From Candidatus Dojkabacteria bacterium (GTDB lineage Bacteria > Patescibacteriota > Dojkabacteria > B142 > JAFGFJ01), in the NCBI GenBank assembly GCA_016931155.1, contig JAFGFJ010000006.1:220389-284388 (forward strand): a DNA stretch of 64,000 nt, given 5' to 3'. Numbering within the stretch: the stretch's first letter is position 1; each line of letters opens with the position of its first letter. The translations under genes and the position numbers were made by a program. The notes under the pieces were generated by a model. The model was given only the letters and a program-made list of their open reading frames with translations, was not told the DNA's origin and searched no databases. Below are positions 1 to 10,096 of the stretch, one piece after another.

Positions 1-2
1 CC

Positions 3-449
3 AGTCCGGTTCTAGAAGATAGAGTACTTACTGCGGTAGAATTGTATAAAGCAGGGAAGGTAGAAAAGATAATTATGTCAGGTGACAATCGAACGCTTGA
101 TTATGATGAGCCGTCTGCAATGATTTCTCTAGCTATCCAGAATGGGGTAAAAGCTGAGGATCTCCAGCCTGATTATGCTGGGAGAAGAACTTATGACTCG
201 TGTTATAGGGCAAGAAATATATTCTCTCTTTCAGAGGTGATTGTGGTCACTCAAAAATTTCATCTTGACAGGGCGATGTACACCTGTGGGGCACTTGGTA
301 TAAAAACTTATGGAATGACTGCGGACAAGCGTGAGTACCTGGATCAGGAGTATGTTTATGTAAGAGACACATATGCTTTTTTATTAGCAATCTGGGATGT
401 CAATTTCCGCAGACCAGAGGTGGTTCTGGGAGACAAGATAGAAATATGA
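3..449 (+). CDS. DUF218 / SanA-YdcF-ElyC family protein, 5'-partial (frame is open to the window edge)
   Basis: Translation upstream of the listed ATG stays open to nt 3 (PVLEDRVLTAVELYKAGKVEKIIMSGDN...). The GKxxKIIMSGDN block and length fit the DUF218 fold. Confidence 0.55.
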   Translation, partial: SPVLEDRVLTAVELYKAGKVEKIIMSGDNRTLDYDEPSAMISLAIQNGVKAEDLQPDYAGRRTYDSCYRARNIFSLSEVIVVTQKFHLDRAMYTCGALGIKTYGMTADKREYLDQEYVYVRDTYAFLLAIWDVNFRRPEVVLGDKIEI

Positions 450-629
450 GTTATTATACTATTAAGACGAAGGTTATTCTTGTTGTTTGATGAGTATATC
501 AGGTGCATGATGGTTGGAGTGGTTTGTAATAATGGGGATACTTCTGACTGTGGTTTAGTGATGGGGTTAATTTTATCGACAAGGCAATCAAATGAAGGAC
601 AATATTTCTCTTATCCTTTATAATGCAAT

Positions 630-2066
630 ATGTCTATATACGAACCAGTAATCGGTCTTGAGGTTCATCTTCAGACTAAGACAAAATCGAAAATGTTCTG
701 CGGTTGTTCCTCAAACTATTTTGGAAGTGAGCCGAATACCAGGACTTGTCCAGTCTGTTTGGGTTTGCCTGGAGCTCTTCCCGTACCAAATGAAAAAGCG
801 ATTGAACATACTCTCAAACTTGCTCTTGCACTCAATTGTTCTATTAACAAAAAGAGTAAATTTGACAGAAAGAATTATTTTTTCCATGACCTACCAAAGG
901 GCTATCAGATTTCGCAGTATGACCTTCCAATAGGTTACGATGGCTGGGTGGAAATTGAGGTCAGAGATGACAGCAAAAGGATCAGGATAAAAAGGGTTCA
1001 TCAGGAAGAAGATACAGCGAAGACAATTAATGAAGGGGAAAATTTGCTGATCGATTTTAACAAGTCAGGTGTACCTCTTACTGAAATAGTAACAAAGACC
1101 GATTTTGAATCGATTGAAGAAGTTATAAAATTTGCCAAAAGAATGAGGCAAATAGTTCGCTATCTTGATGTAAGCGATGCTGACATGGAAAAAGGCCAGA
1201 TGAGATTTGAACTGAATATGAGTTTGAGAAAACAAGGAGAGAAGCAATTGCCCTCATATAAAGTGGAAGTAAAAAATATTGGATCAATTAGTGTTCTCGA
1301 AAAAGTAATTATTAGGGAAGTAGAAAGACAGACAAAGATTTTGGACGAGGGAGAAATACCTGACCAGGAAACCAGAGGATTGAAAGACATGACTGGAGAG
1401 ACTGTGTCTCAGAGAGTGAAAGAAGACTCTGATGATTACAGATACTTTCCCGAGCCGGACATTCCACCACTTGAATTTAGTGATAATTATATTTCTGAAA
1501 TTAGAAAAACAATCCCTGAACTTCCTCACGAAAAGAAAATGAGATTTGAGGAAGAATATGGACTTGATGGGGGAATGGCTGAGGTACTGATCAGTACAAA
1601 GGACTTTGCTGATTGGTATGAGATGGCATCTGAAGGGAAAAAGAAAGAACAGGCGATTGATATTGCAAGCTGGATAATTGGAGACCTGAAAAAACTTATG
1701 ACGGCAAAAAAAGTCAGTTTGAAAAAATTGAAAATAAAACCTGTTCATATTTCGAAAATTTCAGAAATGGTCTCTTCCGGCATAATCTCAGGTACGACAG
1801 GTAAACAAATACTTGAAGAAAGCTTTGATACAGGAAAAGATCCTGAGATAATTGTAAAAGAAAGAAATCTCGGACAGATAGGCGATAAAGAGGAAATTGA
1901 GGAAGTAGCAAGTAGAATAATAGAGAAAAATCCGAAAGTTGTCAGTGATTATAAAAACAAAAATGAAAATGCGTTAAAATATCTTGTCGGGCAAGTTATG
2001 AGGGAGACGAAAGGAAGGGCAAACCCGAAATTAACAGAAGAAATTTTAAAAAGCATATTAGAGTAA
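630..2066 (+). CDS. gatB: Asp-tRNA(Asn)/Glu-tRNA(Gln) amidotransferase subunit B
   Basis: N-terminus MSIYEPVIGLEVHLQTKTKSKMFCGCS...CPVCLGLPGALP and C-terminal GatB/YqeY-like tail. 478 aa is typical for GatB. Confidence 0.95.
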   Translation: MSIYEPVIGLEVHLQTKTKSKMFCGCSSNYFGSEPNTRTCPVCLGLPGALPVPNEKAIEHTLKLALALNCSINKKSKFDRKNYFFHDLPKGYQISQYDLPIGYDGWVEIEVRDDSKRIRIKRVHQEEDTAKTINEGENLLIDFNKSGVPLTEIVTKTDFESIEEVIKFAKRMRQIVRYLDVSDADMEKGQMRFELNMSLRKQGEKQLPSYKVEVKNIGSISVLEKVIIREVERQTKILDEGEIPDQETRGLKDMTGETVSQRVKEDSDDYRYFPEPDIPPLEFSDNYISEIRKTIPELPHEKKMRFEEEYGLDGGMAEVLISTKDFADWYEMASEGKKKEQAIDIASWIIGDLKKLMTAKKVSLKKLKIKPVHISKISEMVSSGIISGTTGKQILEESFDTGKDPEIIVKERNLGQIGDKEEIEEVASRIIEKNPKVVSDYKNKNENALKYLVGQVMRETKGRANPKLTEEILKSILE

Positions 2067-2669
2067 ATGCATAAAAATTTTAGACTTCTTACTACAATAA
2101 CTTTATTAGTAATACTGTTAAGTATTATGATTATATGGCTTTTTTCTGGAAACTTGAGGCTAAAAGCTAAAGAACAGGAGACCATATCGGTGGGAGGAGA
2201 AACGACACTTTCTTTGAGTATAAAACAGCTTACTCAGGATCCGAAAACAAAAGAGATTCCCCTTGCCCTTTCTATTGTTTCAACAAAAGACTCAGACAGA
2301 GTACAGGTCACATGGGAAGTTCCAAAAGAAATGGAAATTATTGGAGAAAGTTCATTTTTTACAACAGTTAAAGTTGGTACTCCGAGAGTTATTCAGACAA
2401 ATTTCCTCGTTCATAGTGCAGGAAGATTTGAAGTAAAGGCAAAGGTTCAGATTTTTGGTGCAGATGTAAATTATGTAAGCTCAACAAGTTATACAGTTCC
2501 TGTCGGGAATACACTTGAAGTATTACCACTCAGTGATGAATATCTTGCAGCAAAGAGGAGTTATCAGACACAGGAAGTACTGAAGTATCTTGGAATTGGT
2601 TCAGTTATTTTGGCTGTGGTAGTGGTAGGGGGAATTGTATTTGTAAAATGGTTAAATGCTGAAGATTAA
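2067..2669 (+). CDS. hypothetical membrane-anchored protein (N- and C-terminal TM segments)
   Basis: ATG abuts the gatB stop. Hydrophobic N-terminal helix and a C-terminal helix. No recognisable motif. Confidence 0.4.
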   Translation: MHKNFRLLTTITLLVILLSIMIIWLFSGNLRLKAKEQETISVGGETTLSLSIKQLTQDPKTKEIPLALSIVSTKDSDRVQVTWEVPKEMEIIGESSFFTTVKVGTPRVIQTNFLVHSAGRFEVKAKVQIFGADVNYVSSTSYTVPVGNTLEVLPLSDEYLAAKRSYQTQEVLKYLGIGSVILAVVVVGGIVFVKWLNAED

Positions 2670-3024
2670 ATTATTAATATTTTTTATGGCAATGGAAGTA
2701 AAACCAATAACAGAAGCAAAAGTGAAAACAAAAAAACAAACTGCTGCTGCAAAACAGCCTTTCGATGCAGTTGCTGAAGCGAAAGAAACTGCAACAACCA
2801 CCCTGAAACTTATTATTTCTTCTCTTACTCTTGTTGCAGGTCTTGCATGGAATCAGGTGATAAAAAAATTTGCTGAAGTATACATTGCGAGTTGGTTCAA
2901 AGACTTCGGTGAGCTTGTTGGACTTTTAATTTACGCTATTGTTTTGACTGTTGTAACAGTGCTTGTGATAGGAAGATTGAGGGTAGTAGACTCAAGAATC
3001 AAAGCTAAGAAAGAAGAGAAATGA
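2656..3024 (+). CDS. small hypothetical membrane protein
   Basis: 122-aa ORF with two hydrophobic stretches. Overlaps neighbours by a few nt (operon-like packing). Confidence 0.35.
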   Translation: MLKIKLLIFFMAMEVKPITEAKVKTKKQTAAAKQPFDAVAEAKETATTTLKLIISSLTLVAGLAWNQVIKKFAEVYIASWFKDFGELVGLLIYAIVLTVVTVLVIGRLRVVDSRIKAKKEEK

Positions 3025-3515
3025 TCATACTTTCTTTTTCAAGTATTAAGGAAACAGAGGAGCTCGCTGGTCAGTTGGCTTCAAAACTCGATGGCGGGGA
3101 AGTGATATTTCTTGAAGGAGAATTGGGTGCAGGAAAAACACTTTTTGTTAAATTTCTGGCAAAACATCTTGGTGTAAGTGAAACAGTAAAAAGTCCTACT
3201 TTTGTATTGTTCCAGAAATATGAGGGCGAAAAGCTGGGCATTTATCATTTCGACCTTTACAGGCTGGAAGATCAGCTCAAGAAAAAATCCATTACTATGG
3301 AGGAGATAGGAATTAGTGAGGCTTTGAATGATACAAGCGGAGTCGTGGTAATAGAGTGGGCGGATCTCTTGGGGGAGAATGGTTGTGAGAGCAAGATAGG
3401 GTCTTATTTACAGATAAGATTTAACATAAAGGATTATCAGAAAAGAGAAGTTGAAATAATTGGCAAAGGTGAGAAATATATTGGTCTTATGGAGAGCCTG
3501 AAAAACAAATTGTAA
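3021..3515 (+). CDS. tsaE: tRNA threonylcarbamoyladenosine biosynthesis ATPase TsaE (YjeE)
   Basis: Walker A GELGAGKT followed by the SPTFVL motif characteristic of TsaE. Adjacent to tsaB. Confidence 0.85.
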   Translation: MIILSFSSIKETEELAGQLASKLDGGEVIFLEGELGAGKTLFVKFLAKHLGVSETVKSPTFVLFQKYEGEKLGIYHFDLYRLEDQLKKKSITMEEIGISEALNDTSGVVVIEWADLLGENGCESKIGSYLQIRFNIKDYQKREVEIIGKGEKYIGLMESLKNKL

Positions 3516-3525
3516 ATTATTTTTT

Positions 3526-4257
3526 ATGATCCTTAATATTAAATACTTGCTCGCAATACAAACAGCAGAGTTCCCCAATTCTGTAGCGCTTTTTAATGAG
3601 AAAGGAGGTCTTGTTGATGAAAGGGTTATTGAGGTGAAGGGAAAAAGTGAAAAACTTCTTGGTGAAATGACAAAGGATCTGATAAAAAAGAATGGAATCA
3701 CTTTTGATTCCATTCAGACTCTGGCAGTCTGTCTCGGACCGGGTTCTTACACCGGTCTTCGGGCGGGAGTCGCTTTTGCGAAAGGGCTTTGTCAATTTAG
3801 CGGAATAAGACTTGTCGGCGTTGATATTTTTGAGGCCTTTGACGAAAAGGGGATAAAAGACGGAATATTTTTACTTGATGCAAAGAACAGGAGGGTCTAT
3901 TACAAAATCGGTGACAAAATAAAAGTCAATAATATTGAAAAGGCCTTAGTTGACCTGGAGGTTTTGAATGAACCGAAGACGTTGGATGAAGCGAAGGCTT
4001 TGAATGAACCGAAGACCCTGGACGAACCGAAGGTAAACAAAACAAAACTCTTCGGGAACGGAGCGAAAGAAAACGAGAGTTTTATAGCTGGGAAGCTGGG
4101 AAAAGATATTGTCTCAAATATTTCTGATGAGAATCTGGTGAACGCAGAATTTATAGGTCGAGCGGCGTTGAAGAAGAAAAGACCTGATTCGGTTTTTGAG
4201 TTGAAACCCATATATGTTCAGGAGGCAAATATTACAATAAAAAATAATGCAGATTAA
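3526..4257 (+). CDS. tsaB: tRNA t6A biosynthesis protein TsaB (YeaZ, inactive Kae1 paralogue)
   Basis: Conserved CLGPGSYTGLRAGVAFAKGL block. Located between tsaE and recJ. Contains an in-frame 36-bp duplication (LNEPKTLDEAKA / LNEPKTLDEPKV). Confidence 0.8.
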   Translation: MILNIKYLLAIQTAEFPNSVALFNEKGGLVDERVIEVKGKSEKLLGEMTKDLIKKNGITFDSIQTLAVCLGPGSYTGLRAGVAFAKGLCQFSGIRLVGVDIFEAFDEKGIKDGIFLLDAKNRRVYYKIGDKIKVNNIEKALVDLEVLNEPKTLDEAKALNEPKTLDEPKVNKTKLFGNGAKENESFIAGKLGKDIVSNISDENLVNAEFIGRAALKKKRPDSVFELKPIYVQEANITIKNNAD

Positions 4258-5947
4258 TCTTGCTCCAGAAATTTCTTCAAATGTATCGAAGAATCTCTCG
4301 ATGTATCCAGAGATTATAAGGCAACTTTTGTTCAATAGAGGAATTGAGAATGAGCAAAGTGCAAAAGTATTTTTCGATCCAAAGAAAGAATTTGGTGATC
4401 CTTTTTTGCTTTACGGAATGGACAGGGCGGTAGAAGCTATTTTGAAAGCGGTCAGGGAAAAAAAGAAAATTTTTATTCACGGTGATTATGATGTCGATGG
4501 AGTTTGTGCAACTTCGCTGATCTGGGATTATCTTTATCGCGAACTAAAGGCTGATGTCCTTCCTTACATCCCCAGCCGTTTTGAGGAAGGTTATGGTATG
4601 ACAGATTCGAGCATTAACCAGATTGTGGAAAATGGTGGACAACTTATCATTTCTGTCGATTGCGGAGTGAAAGATATAGAGCTGGTGAGGAAATTTAAAA
4701 AGGGAAAAGGATTGGAATTCATTATTACAGATCATCATACCCTGCTTCAGGACAAGAAAGGCAATAGTGTTGTTTCAGAAGGAGCAATTGCAGTAATACA
4801 TCCGAGCCATCCAAAGAGTAAATATAAGTTTAAAGAGCTTTGCGGAACTGCAGTTGCCTGGAAATTGGTGTGTGCAATTTCGAGTAATCTTGGAAAAAGT
4901 GTTTTGAAAAATGATAAATATCTTGAGCTTGTTGCACTTGCGACATCCTGTGATGTTATGCCCCTTGTTGGAGAAAATAGAGCAATTGTAAAATTTGGGC
5001 TTGAAAAACTCAAAGATACAGATATTATAGGACTTAGAATTCTTATGCTTGAGGCAGGGATAGACCTTCAAAAAATTGAAGCATATCATTTAGGTTTTGT
5101 AATTGGACCAAGAATAAATGCGGCAGGAAGAATTGAACATGCAATGGATGCTCTCCGTCTGCTTACAACGACTGATACAGAGAAAGCAAGAGAATATGCG
5201 GAAAAACTCTCAAAATTGAATCTTAAAAGACAGGAGATAACTCAAGAGTTGATTGCCAAAGCTGAAGAGCAGATTCTCGCAAAAGGAAAAGAGAAAAAAT
5301 TGTATTTTGTGTGGGGCGTGGAATGGCCAGAAGGGGTAGTTGGTCTCGTTGCCGGAAAGCTTACCGAGAAATATAGCAGACCTGTGATTGTTGCTACAAA
5401 AAACAGAGAAGAAGTGAAAGGATCTGCCAGAAGTACAAGTGCTCTAAATATTGTGGAAGCAATAGGAAATTACTCCCATATTTTGGAAAGGTTTGGCGGG
5501 CACTCACAGGCTGCAGGATTTTCTTTGAAACCTGAGCATTTAGAATTATTTATTGAGAATCTTGAAAAATATGCGGAGGAGACTCTGACGGAAGAAGACG
5601 TGGCAGGTTCGGTAAATGTTGATATGAGCTTAGACCTTTCCGATATTACGATTGAACTTGCTGAGTGGCTTGAGAAGTTTAAGCCTTTCGGGTTTGAAAA
5701 TATTACTCCGTCATTTCTGCTGGAAAATGTCCGATTGGTTGAGAAGATGGAAGTTGGGAAGGATGGCGCTCATACACGAGCTGTAGTTGAGCAGGATGGC
5801 AAAAGGCTTGTCGGCATAGGTTTCTTTATGTCAGAGAAGTTTAAAAATATCGAAGTTGGAGATGAAATATCGCTTTGCAGTACCATTGAGCTGGATGAGT
5901 GGAATGAACAGAGAAGAGTGCAGATGAAGATTAAAAATATAGTATAA
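4247..5947 (+). CDS. recJ: single-stranded-DNA-specific exonuclease RecJ
   Basis: DHH motifs (IHGDYDVDG, ITDHH) and a DHHA1-like C-terminal region (GGHSQAAGF). 566 aa. Confidence 0.9.
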   Translation: MQINLAPEISSNVSKNLSMYPEIIRQLLFNRGIENEQSAKVFFDPKKEFGDPFLLYGMDRAVEAILKAVREKKKIFIHGDYDVDGVCATSLIWDYLYRELKADVLPYIPSRFEEGYGMTDSSINQIVENGGQLIISVDCGVKDIELVRKFKKGKGLEFIITDHHTLLQDKKGNSVVSEGAIAVIHPSHPKSKYKFKELCGTAVAWKLVCAISSNLGKSVLKNDKYLELVALATSCDVMPLVGENRAIVKFGLEKLKDTDIIGLRILMLEAGIDLQKIEAYHLGFVIGPRINAAGRIEHAMDALRLLTTTDTEKAREYAEKLSKLNLKRQEITQELIAKAEEQILAKGKEKKLYFVWGVEWPEGVVGLVAGKLTEKYSRPVIVATKNREEVKGSARSTSALNIVEAIGNYSHILERFGGHSQAAGFSLKPEHLELFIENLEKYAEETLTEEDVAGSVNVDMSLDLSDITIELAEWLEKFKPFGFENITPSFLLENVRLVEKMEVGKDGAHTRAVVEQDGKRLVGIGFFMSEKFKNIEVGDEISLCSTIELDEWNEQRRVQMKIKNIV

Positions 5948-6000
5948 TGGAATAATTATGGTAGAATCAGTCAATTAACTTCGACTTATGGTCATACGGA

Positions 6001-6492
6001 GTGCCTATGAAATTTCTCCAGAAAAACGCTTACAATATATTTTTATTTATCATTCTACTTCTCAATGTAGTTCCCTGGCTTGCTCCGATTTTTCTACATT
6101 TCGGATGGCATGATCCAGCGAAAATAGTATATAGAATTTACTCCTTTTTTTGTCATCAAATAGCGTGGAGATCATTGCATGTCTACGATCATCAGTGCGC
6201 CTGGTGCACTCGTGATACAGCAATATGGGGTGCTTTTCTGCTGGTAGCATTACTTGTTAAGTTTAGAAAAACAAAGGGACTCAAATGGTACTGGATTATT
6301 CCATTTATTATTCCTATTGCTCTTGATGGGGGAATTCAAACAATTGCTACCGTTTTAGGTTATGAAAGTGAGGAGCCGTTTTATACAAGTACTAATTTTG
6401 TGAGAGCTACCACAGGTGCGATTTTTGGTATTGGACTTGGAATGACTCTTTTGCCGACTTTAAAAAATGACATGGAATATGAAGAAGCATAG
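6001..6492 (+). CDS. DUF2085-family membrane protein
   Basis: CHQxxxRS ... CxWCTRD cysteine/histidine pattern embedded in TM helices, typical of DUF2085. Confidence 0.55.
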   Translation: MPMKFLQKNAYNIFLFIILLLNVVPWLAPIFLHFGWHDPAKIVYRIYSFFCHQIAWRSLHVYDHQCAWCTRDTAIWGAFLLVALLVKFRKTKGLKWYWIIPFIIPIALDGGIQTIATVLGYESEEPFYTSTNFVRATTGAIFGIGLGMTLLPTLKNDMEYEEA

Positions 6493-6751
6493 AGCAATTA
6501 AAAAACTTTTAGAAAATGATTGGACATGGGTCGTGATAATTTTTATTGTAACTATGATGGGTTACATCTTTCTGGTGCAAGTCTGGAAAAATACTTCGTC
6601 ACTTTATCCACCTGCGAATTCTTTGGATCATGAAATCAGACTTCCAGAAAATAGGGGGGACTGGCTTGTTCGTAGAGAGAATGGAGTATGCCCATTTGAT
6701 GCAGGAAAGTTCAATTTGAAAGATCCTTTCGCAGGTTTTCGAAATTGTTGA
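6467..6751 (+). CDS. small hypothetical protein with one TM helix
   Basis: 94-aa ORF. Followed by the conserved hairpin element L1. No homology recognisable. Confidence 0.3.
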   Translation: MTWNMKKHRAIKKLLENDWTWVVIIFIVTMMGYIFLVQVWKNTSSLYPPANSLDHEIRLPENRGDWLVRRENGVCPFDAGKFNLKDPFAGFRNC

Positions 6752-7044
6752 TTTTTATATGAGGAGGAATTTTATTGTTTCTTTTTAGTATAATCGATCT
6801 TAAATCTACGGGCGAAGCCTGTAGAGTCTCAGTATAACCCGCGAGTTCACCAGAAATTTTTTGTCAACTATCAAACCAACCCGCCCCACGTCATACTATA
6901 ATCTAATGTCTATACCATAAGAAAATCATCTTCGGATGCAAATAAACACAAGCAAATTCAATAAATTCAAATAAACTCTCTTCTTTTTAGTGGAGGAATA
7001 GGGTATCTTGTATTTATTCTCTGATTAATTTTTATACTTCACTT

Positions 7045-9354
7045 ATGGCCACACCAGAAAAAATACCTGACCCAATAAAAAAATCCAAAAGTAAATCTGT
7101 TCTTCCCGCTGTATTATTAATTCTTGTGTTTTCAGCCGGACTTGTTTTTGCCATATATTACTTTTTCATTAAGGGTGAGGCAGAACAAAGTAGTATCTCA
7201 GACACACAGGAAACACCCGGGGTGTTGGATGTGAGTTATTTAAAGTTTGGGGATTATAATCTACCCGATATTGATGTAACTCCCAACGTAAAAAATTACG
7301 AAGTAAAGGAAGATTTGTCGAATGTTTTCTATAACAAAAAGGATGATCCGGCAGGAAATTATAAGGCGGTTTTAAACAAAGAGCTGACTTCGAATTTGAA
7401 AATTGAACTTGCTAGAGATAATTTCATTATTACTCCGGGGAAAAATAAAGAATTCTTCAGTGTTTATGAGCAAAACAGATATGACTTTGTGCCAAACTTT
7501 GTGACTACGGATGCGATTTTGCACACATATCATTTGATATTTGACTCCAGTTTAAAAAATTTGGAGGAAGAGTATCTGTATGAGAACTCAGTCAAACTTT
7601 CAGAGAATGCTGTCCAAAAGTCTTTAGAGCAGTACAACAGTTTTGATGCGGGAGAATTGAAGGACGCAGCAAGAAGAAATGTCGCTTTCTTTTCTGTGGG
7701 TGCAAAACTGTTGAATCCCGAATTTAAAATACCTGCCGAGGTTGCTACAGAAGTCAATAAAGAGCTTGAGATGATAACGGAGCATACCGAAACTGCAGAA
7801 ATTTCTGAGGTTATGGCAATAGGGTTCAGTAATCCGGATTTACTGAACAATCTAAAAGAGGATTACACGCAGTATATCCCGCGTGGTCACTATACAAAAT
7901 CCGAAGATCTTAAGAGATATTTCAATGGCATGATGTGGTTTGGAAGGATGACTTTCTTAACAAAAGATAAATCAACAACAATGTCTGCATTTTTGATTGT
8001 GGAGGGATTGAAAGACAATGAATCTGAATTCAAAATCTGGGAAAGCATCTTCTCTGTTGTAAATTTCTTTGTAGGGAAAGCGGATGATTTGACGTACTAT
8101 GAATATGAAAAGATTTATAAGGATAATCTTGGAGGAAGGAAAATATCAGAGGCAACTGCTGAAGATTTGGATAAGCTTTGGGAGGAAGCAAAAAAGCTTG
8201 AACCTCCTCAGATAAATTCTATCCCAATATTTGATGCAAGTATTCAACCGGACAGGGACAAAGAAATAAAAGGCTTCCGTTTTTTCGGACAGAGATTTAC
8301 TGTCGATGCGATGATATTTCAAAGACTTATGTATCGGGATGTTGAGGAAAAGGAAACCGGTGAGAGGAAAATGCTTCCCAGCTCAATTGAAATTCCAGCT
8401 GCAATGGGTGATGAAACAGCGAGGGATATTATTAAGAGTGATACTGATTTTTATACTTATCCGAATTATGAATCGCAATTGAAGAAATTGAATGAAAAGA
8501 TTGTTGCCTATCCTCAGGATCAGTGGACGCAAAATCTTTACTGGAGCTGGATGTACACATTAAATGGTTTTGTCGGATCGATAAATGAGGGTTATCCTCA
8601 GTTTATGAATTCAACTAAATGGGAAAAGAAAGAATTGAATACTTATGTAGGAAGCTGGACTGAGCTGAAGCACGATACCATCCTCTACAGCAAACAAGCT
8701 TATGCTGAGATGGGAGATGCAGGACCGGTGAGTGCTCCTGATGACCGGGGCTATGTTGAGCCAAATATTGATGTATGGGGAAGATTGCTAGCTCTAACCG
8801 GGATGACAAAGGACGGGTTGGAGAAGAGAGGTCTTGTTACACGTCTTCAGATAGATGAAGACAGCTATGGGACTTGCTCATATAACGATGACTATAAGAA
8901 AAGGATTTATTGTAGTCTCTCAGAAATGGAGTATGTTCTGGATAATCTGTTGAACATTTCGGTGAAGGAACTTGAAGAAACGGAATTGACAAATGAGGAA
9001 TATCATTTTATTAGGAATGTGGGAGGATTTTTGGAAGACATGTTTATGTCAACCCTTAATCCGTCTTCTGACAAGTGGACAGCAGTCACTGACAATCCTG
9101 CCATGCTTGTCGCGGACGTCGCCAGTGATTCAGGTGGTAGTGTGTTGGAGGAAGCAACTGGATACATCTACAACATCTATGTGATTGTTCCGGTGGATGG
9201 CAGTTTAAGAATTACAAAAGGAGGTGTGTACTCTCAGTATGAATTTGTACATCCGGCAAGTGACAGGCTTACTGATGAGAAATGGAGGGAAATACTTGAG
9301 GACGGCAAAGCTCCTGAAATGAAGAAATGGCAGAAATCATTAATAACTGAATAG
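7045..9354 (+). CDS. large secreted/membrane-anchored hypothetical protein (769 aa)
   Basis: Lys-rich N-terminus then TM/signal anchor (VLPAVLLILVFSAGLVFAIYYFFI). Long hydrophilic ectodomain. No motif I can name with confidence. Confidence 0.6.
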   Translation: MATPEKIPDPIKKSKSKSVLPAVLLILVFSAGLVFAIYYFFIKGEAEQSSISDTQETPGVLDVSYLKFGDYNLPDIDVTPNVKNYEVKEDLSNVFYNKKDDPAGNYKAVLNKELTSNLKIELARDNFIITPGKNKEFFSVYEQNRYDFVPNFVTTDAILHTYHLIFDSSLKNLEEEYLYENSVKLSENAVQKSLEQYNSFDAGELKDAARRNVAFFSVGAKLLNPEFKIPAEVATEVNKELEMITEHTETAEISEVMAIGFSNPDLLNNLKEDYTQYIPRGHYTKSEDLKRYFNGMMWFGRMTFLTKDKSTTMSAFLIVEGLKDNESEFKIWESIFSVVNFFVGKADDLTYYEYEKIYKDNLGGRKISEATAEDLDKLWEEAKKLEPPQINSIPIFDASIQPDRDKEIKGFRFFGQRFTVDAMIFQRLMYRDVEEKETGERKMLPSSIEIPAAMGDETARDIIKSDTDFYTYPNYESQLKKLNEKIVAYPQDQWTQNLYWSWMYTLNGFVGSINEGYPQFMNSTKWEKKELNTYVGSWTELKHDTILYSKQAYAEMGDAGPVSAPDDRGYVEPNIDVWGRLLALTGMTKDGLEKRGLVTRLQIDEDSYGTCSYNDDYKKRIYCSLSEMEYVLDNLLNISVKELEETELTNEEYHFIRNVGGFLEDMFMSTLNPSSDKWTAVTDNPAMLVADVASDSGGSVLEEATGYIYNIYVIVPVDGSLRITKGGVYSQYEFVHPASDRLTDEKWREILEDGKAPEMKKWQKSLITE

Positions 9355-9428
9355 ATTGAACAGATAAATGAAAAAGTTGAATGAGGTTGCTGAAATGTCT
9401 GAATAATCTGAATAAATAGAACAGATAA

Positions 9429-10022
9429 ATGAGAAAGTGGCTGGTTCCGATAATCCTGATTACGATGATCGGTGTTTTGTCGTTTCTTGCCCTGTTCCTC
9501 CCAAAACTTACCGGGTCGCTTTTTGGCTCCTGGCCAAGTAAATCCCAGGTCTACGATTTCGACTCTGATGGTGTTGTAGAAAAAGTGATAATGGAGGCGG
9601 GTCGTTTATATGTTGAGTCGGAAGGGGTGAGAATATTTTCTTCGTCAAGTGAGCAGAAGGTAAATGATTTTGAGATTGGGGATATCAATAATGATGGCAA
9701 AGATGAGCTTTGTTTCGGTTTTTGGAGAGTTGGGGATTATGGCAAGAATAGACCTTACGCAAAAGCCAGAAGAGATCCACTAAAATCCTATCATTTGTAT
9801 CTTTATGAGTACCTTAAAGAGCAAAAAGTCTTCCACCTTTTGTGGGGATCCTCAACTTTGCCTGAGCCAATTTATGATATGGAAATAGTAAATAACGGGC
9901 AAGAAAATTTTCTCAAAGTCAGCGAGGGGACTTATGAAGATTATGATAGAGATGGTTTTATCAGGCCAGTAAAAACTACTGAGTGGGTTTGGAACGAATG
10001 GTGGTTTGAGGAGGCGGAATAG
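9429..10022 (+). CDS. membrane-anchored hypothetical protein with FG-GAP/VCBS-like Asp-rich repeats
   Basis: N-terminal TM. DFDSDGVVEKV and GDINNDGKDEL calcium-binding-like repeat motifs. Confidence 0.4.
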   Translation: MRKWLVPIILITMIGVLSFLALFLPKLTGSLFGSWPSKSQVYDFDSDGVVEKVIMEAGRLYVESEGVRIFSSSSEQKVNDFEIGDINNDGKDELCFGFWRVGDYGKNRPYAKARRDPLKSYHLYLYEYLKEQKVFHLLWGSSTLPEPIYDMEIVNNGQENFLKVSEGTYEDYDRDGFIRPVKTTEWVWNEWWFEEAE

Positions 10023-10096
10023 TATACTAATCCTAAAATCGCTGATTATACTTATTATTATCTTGGATTAATATACAATTTGATTCATTTGTTTGA

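Noticed and set aside
7045-9354. Assigning the 769-aa secreted protein to a named DUF (for example DUF3160)
   Set aside because: I only have a vague recollection of size and taxonomy for that family, and no sequence motif I can verify by eye.
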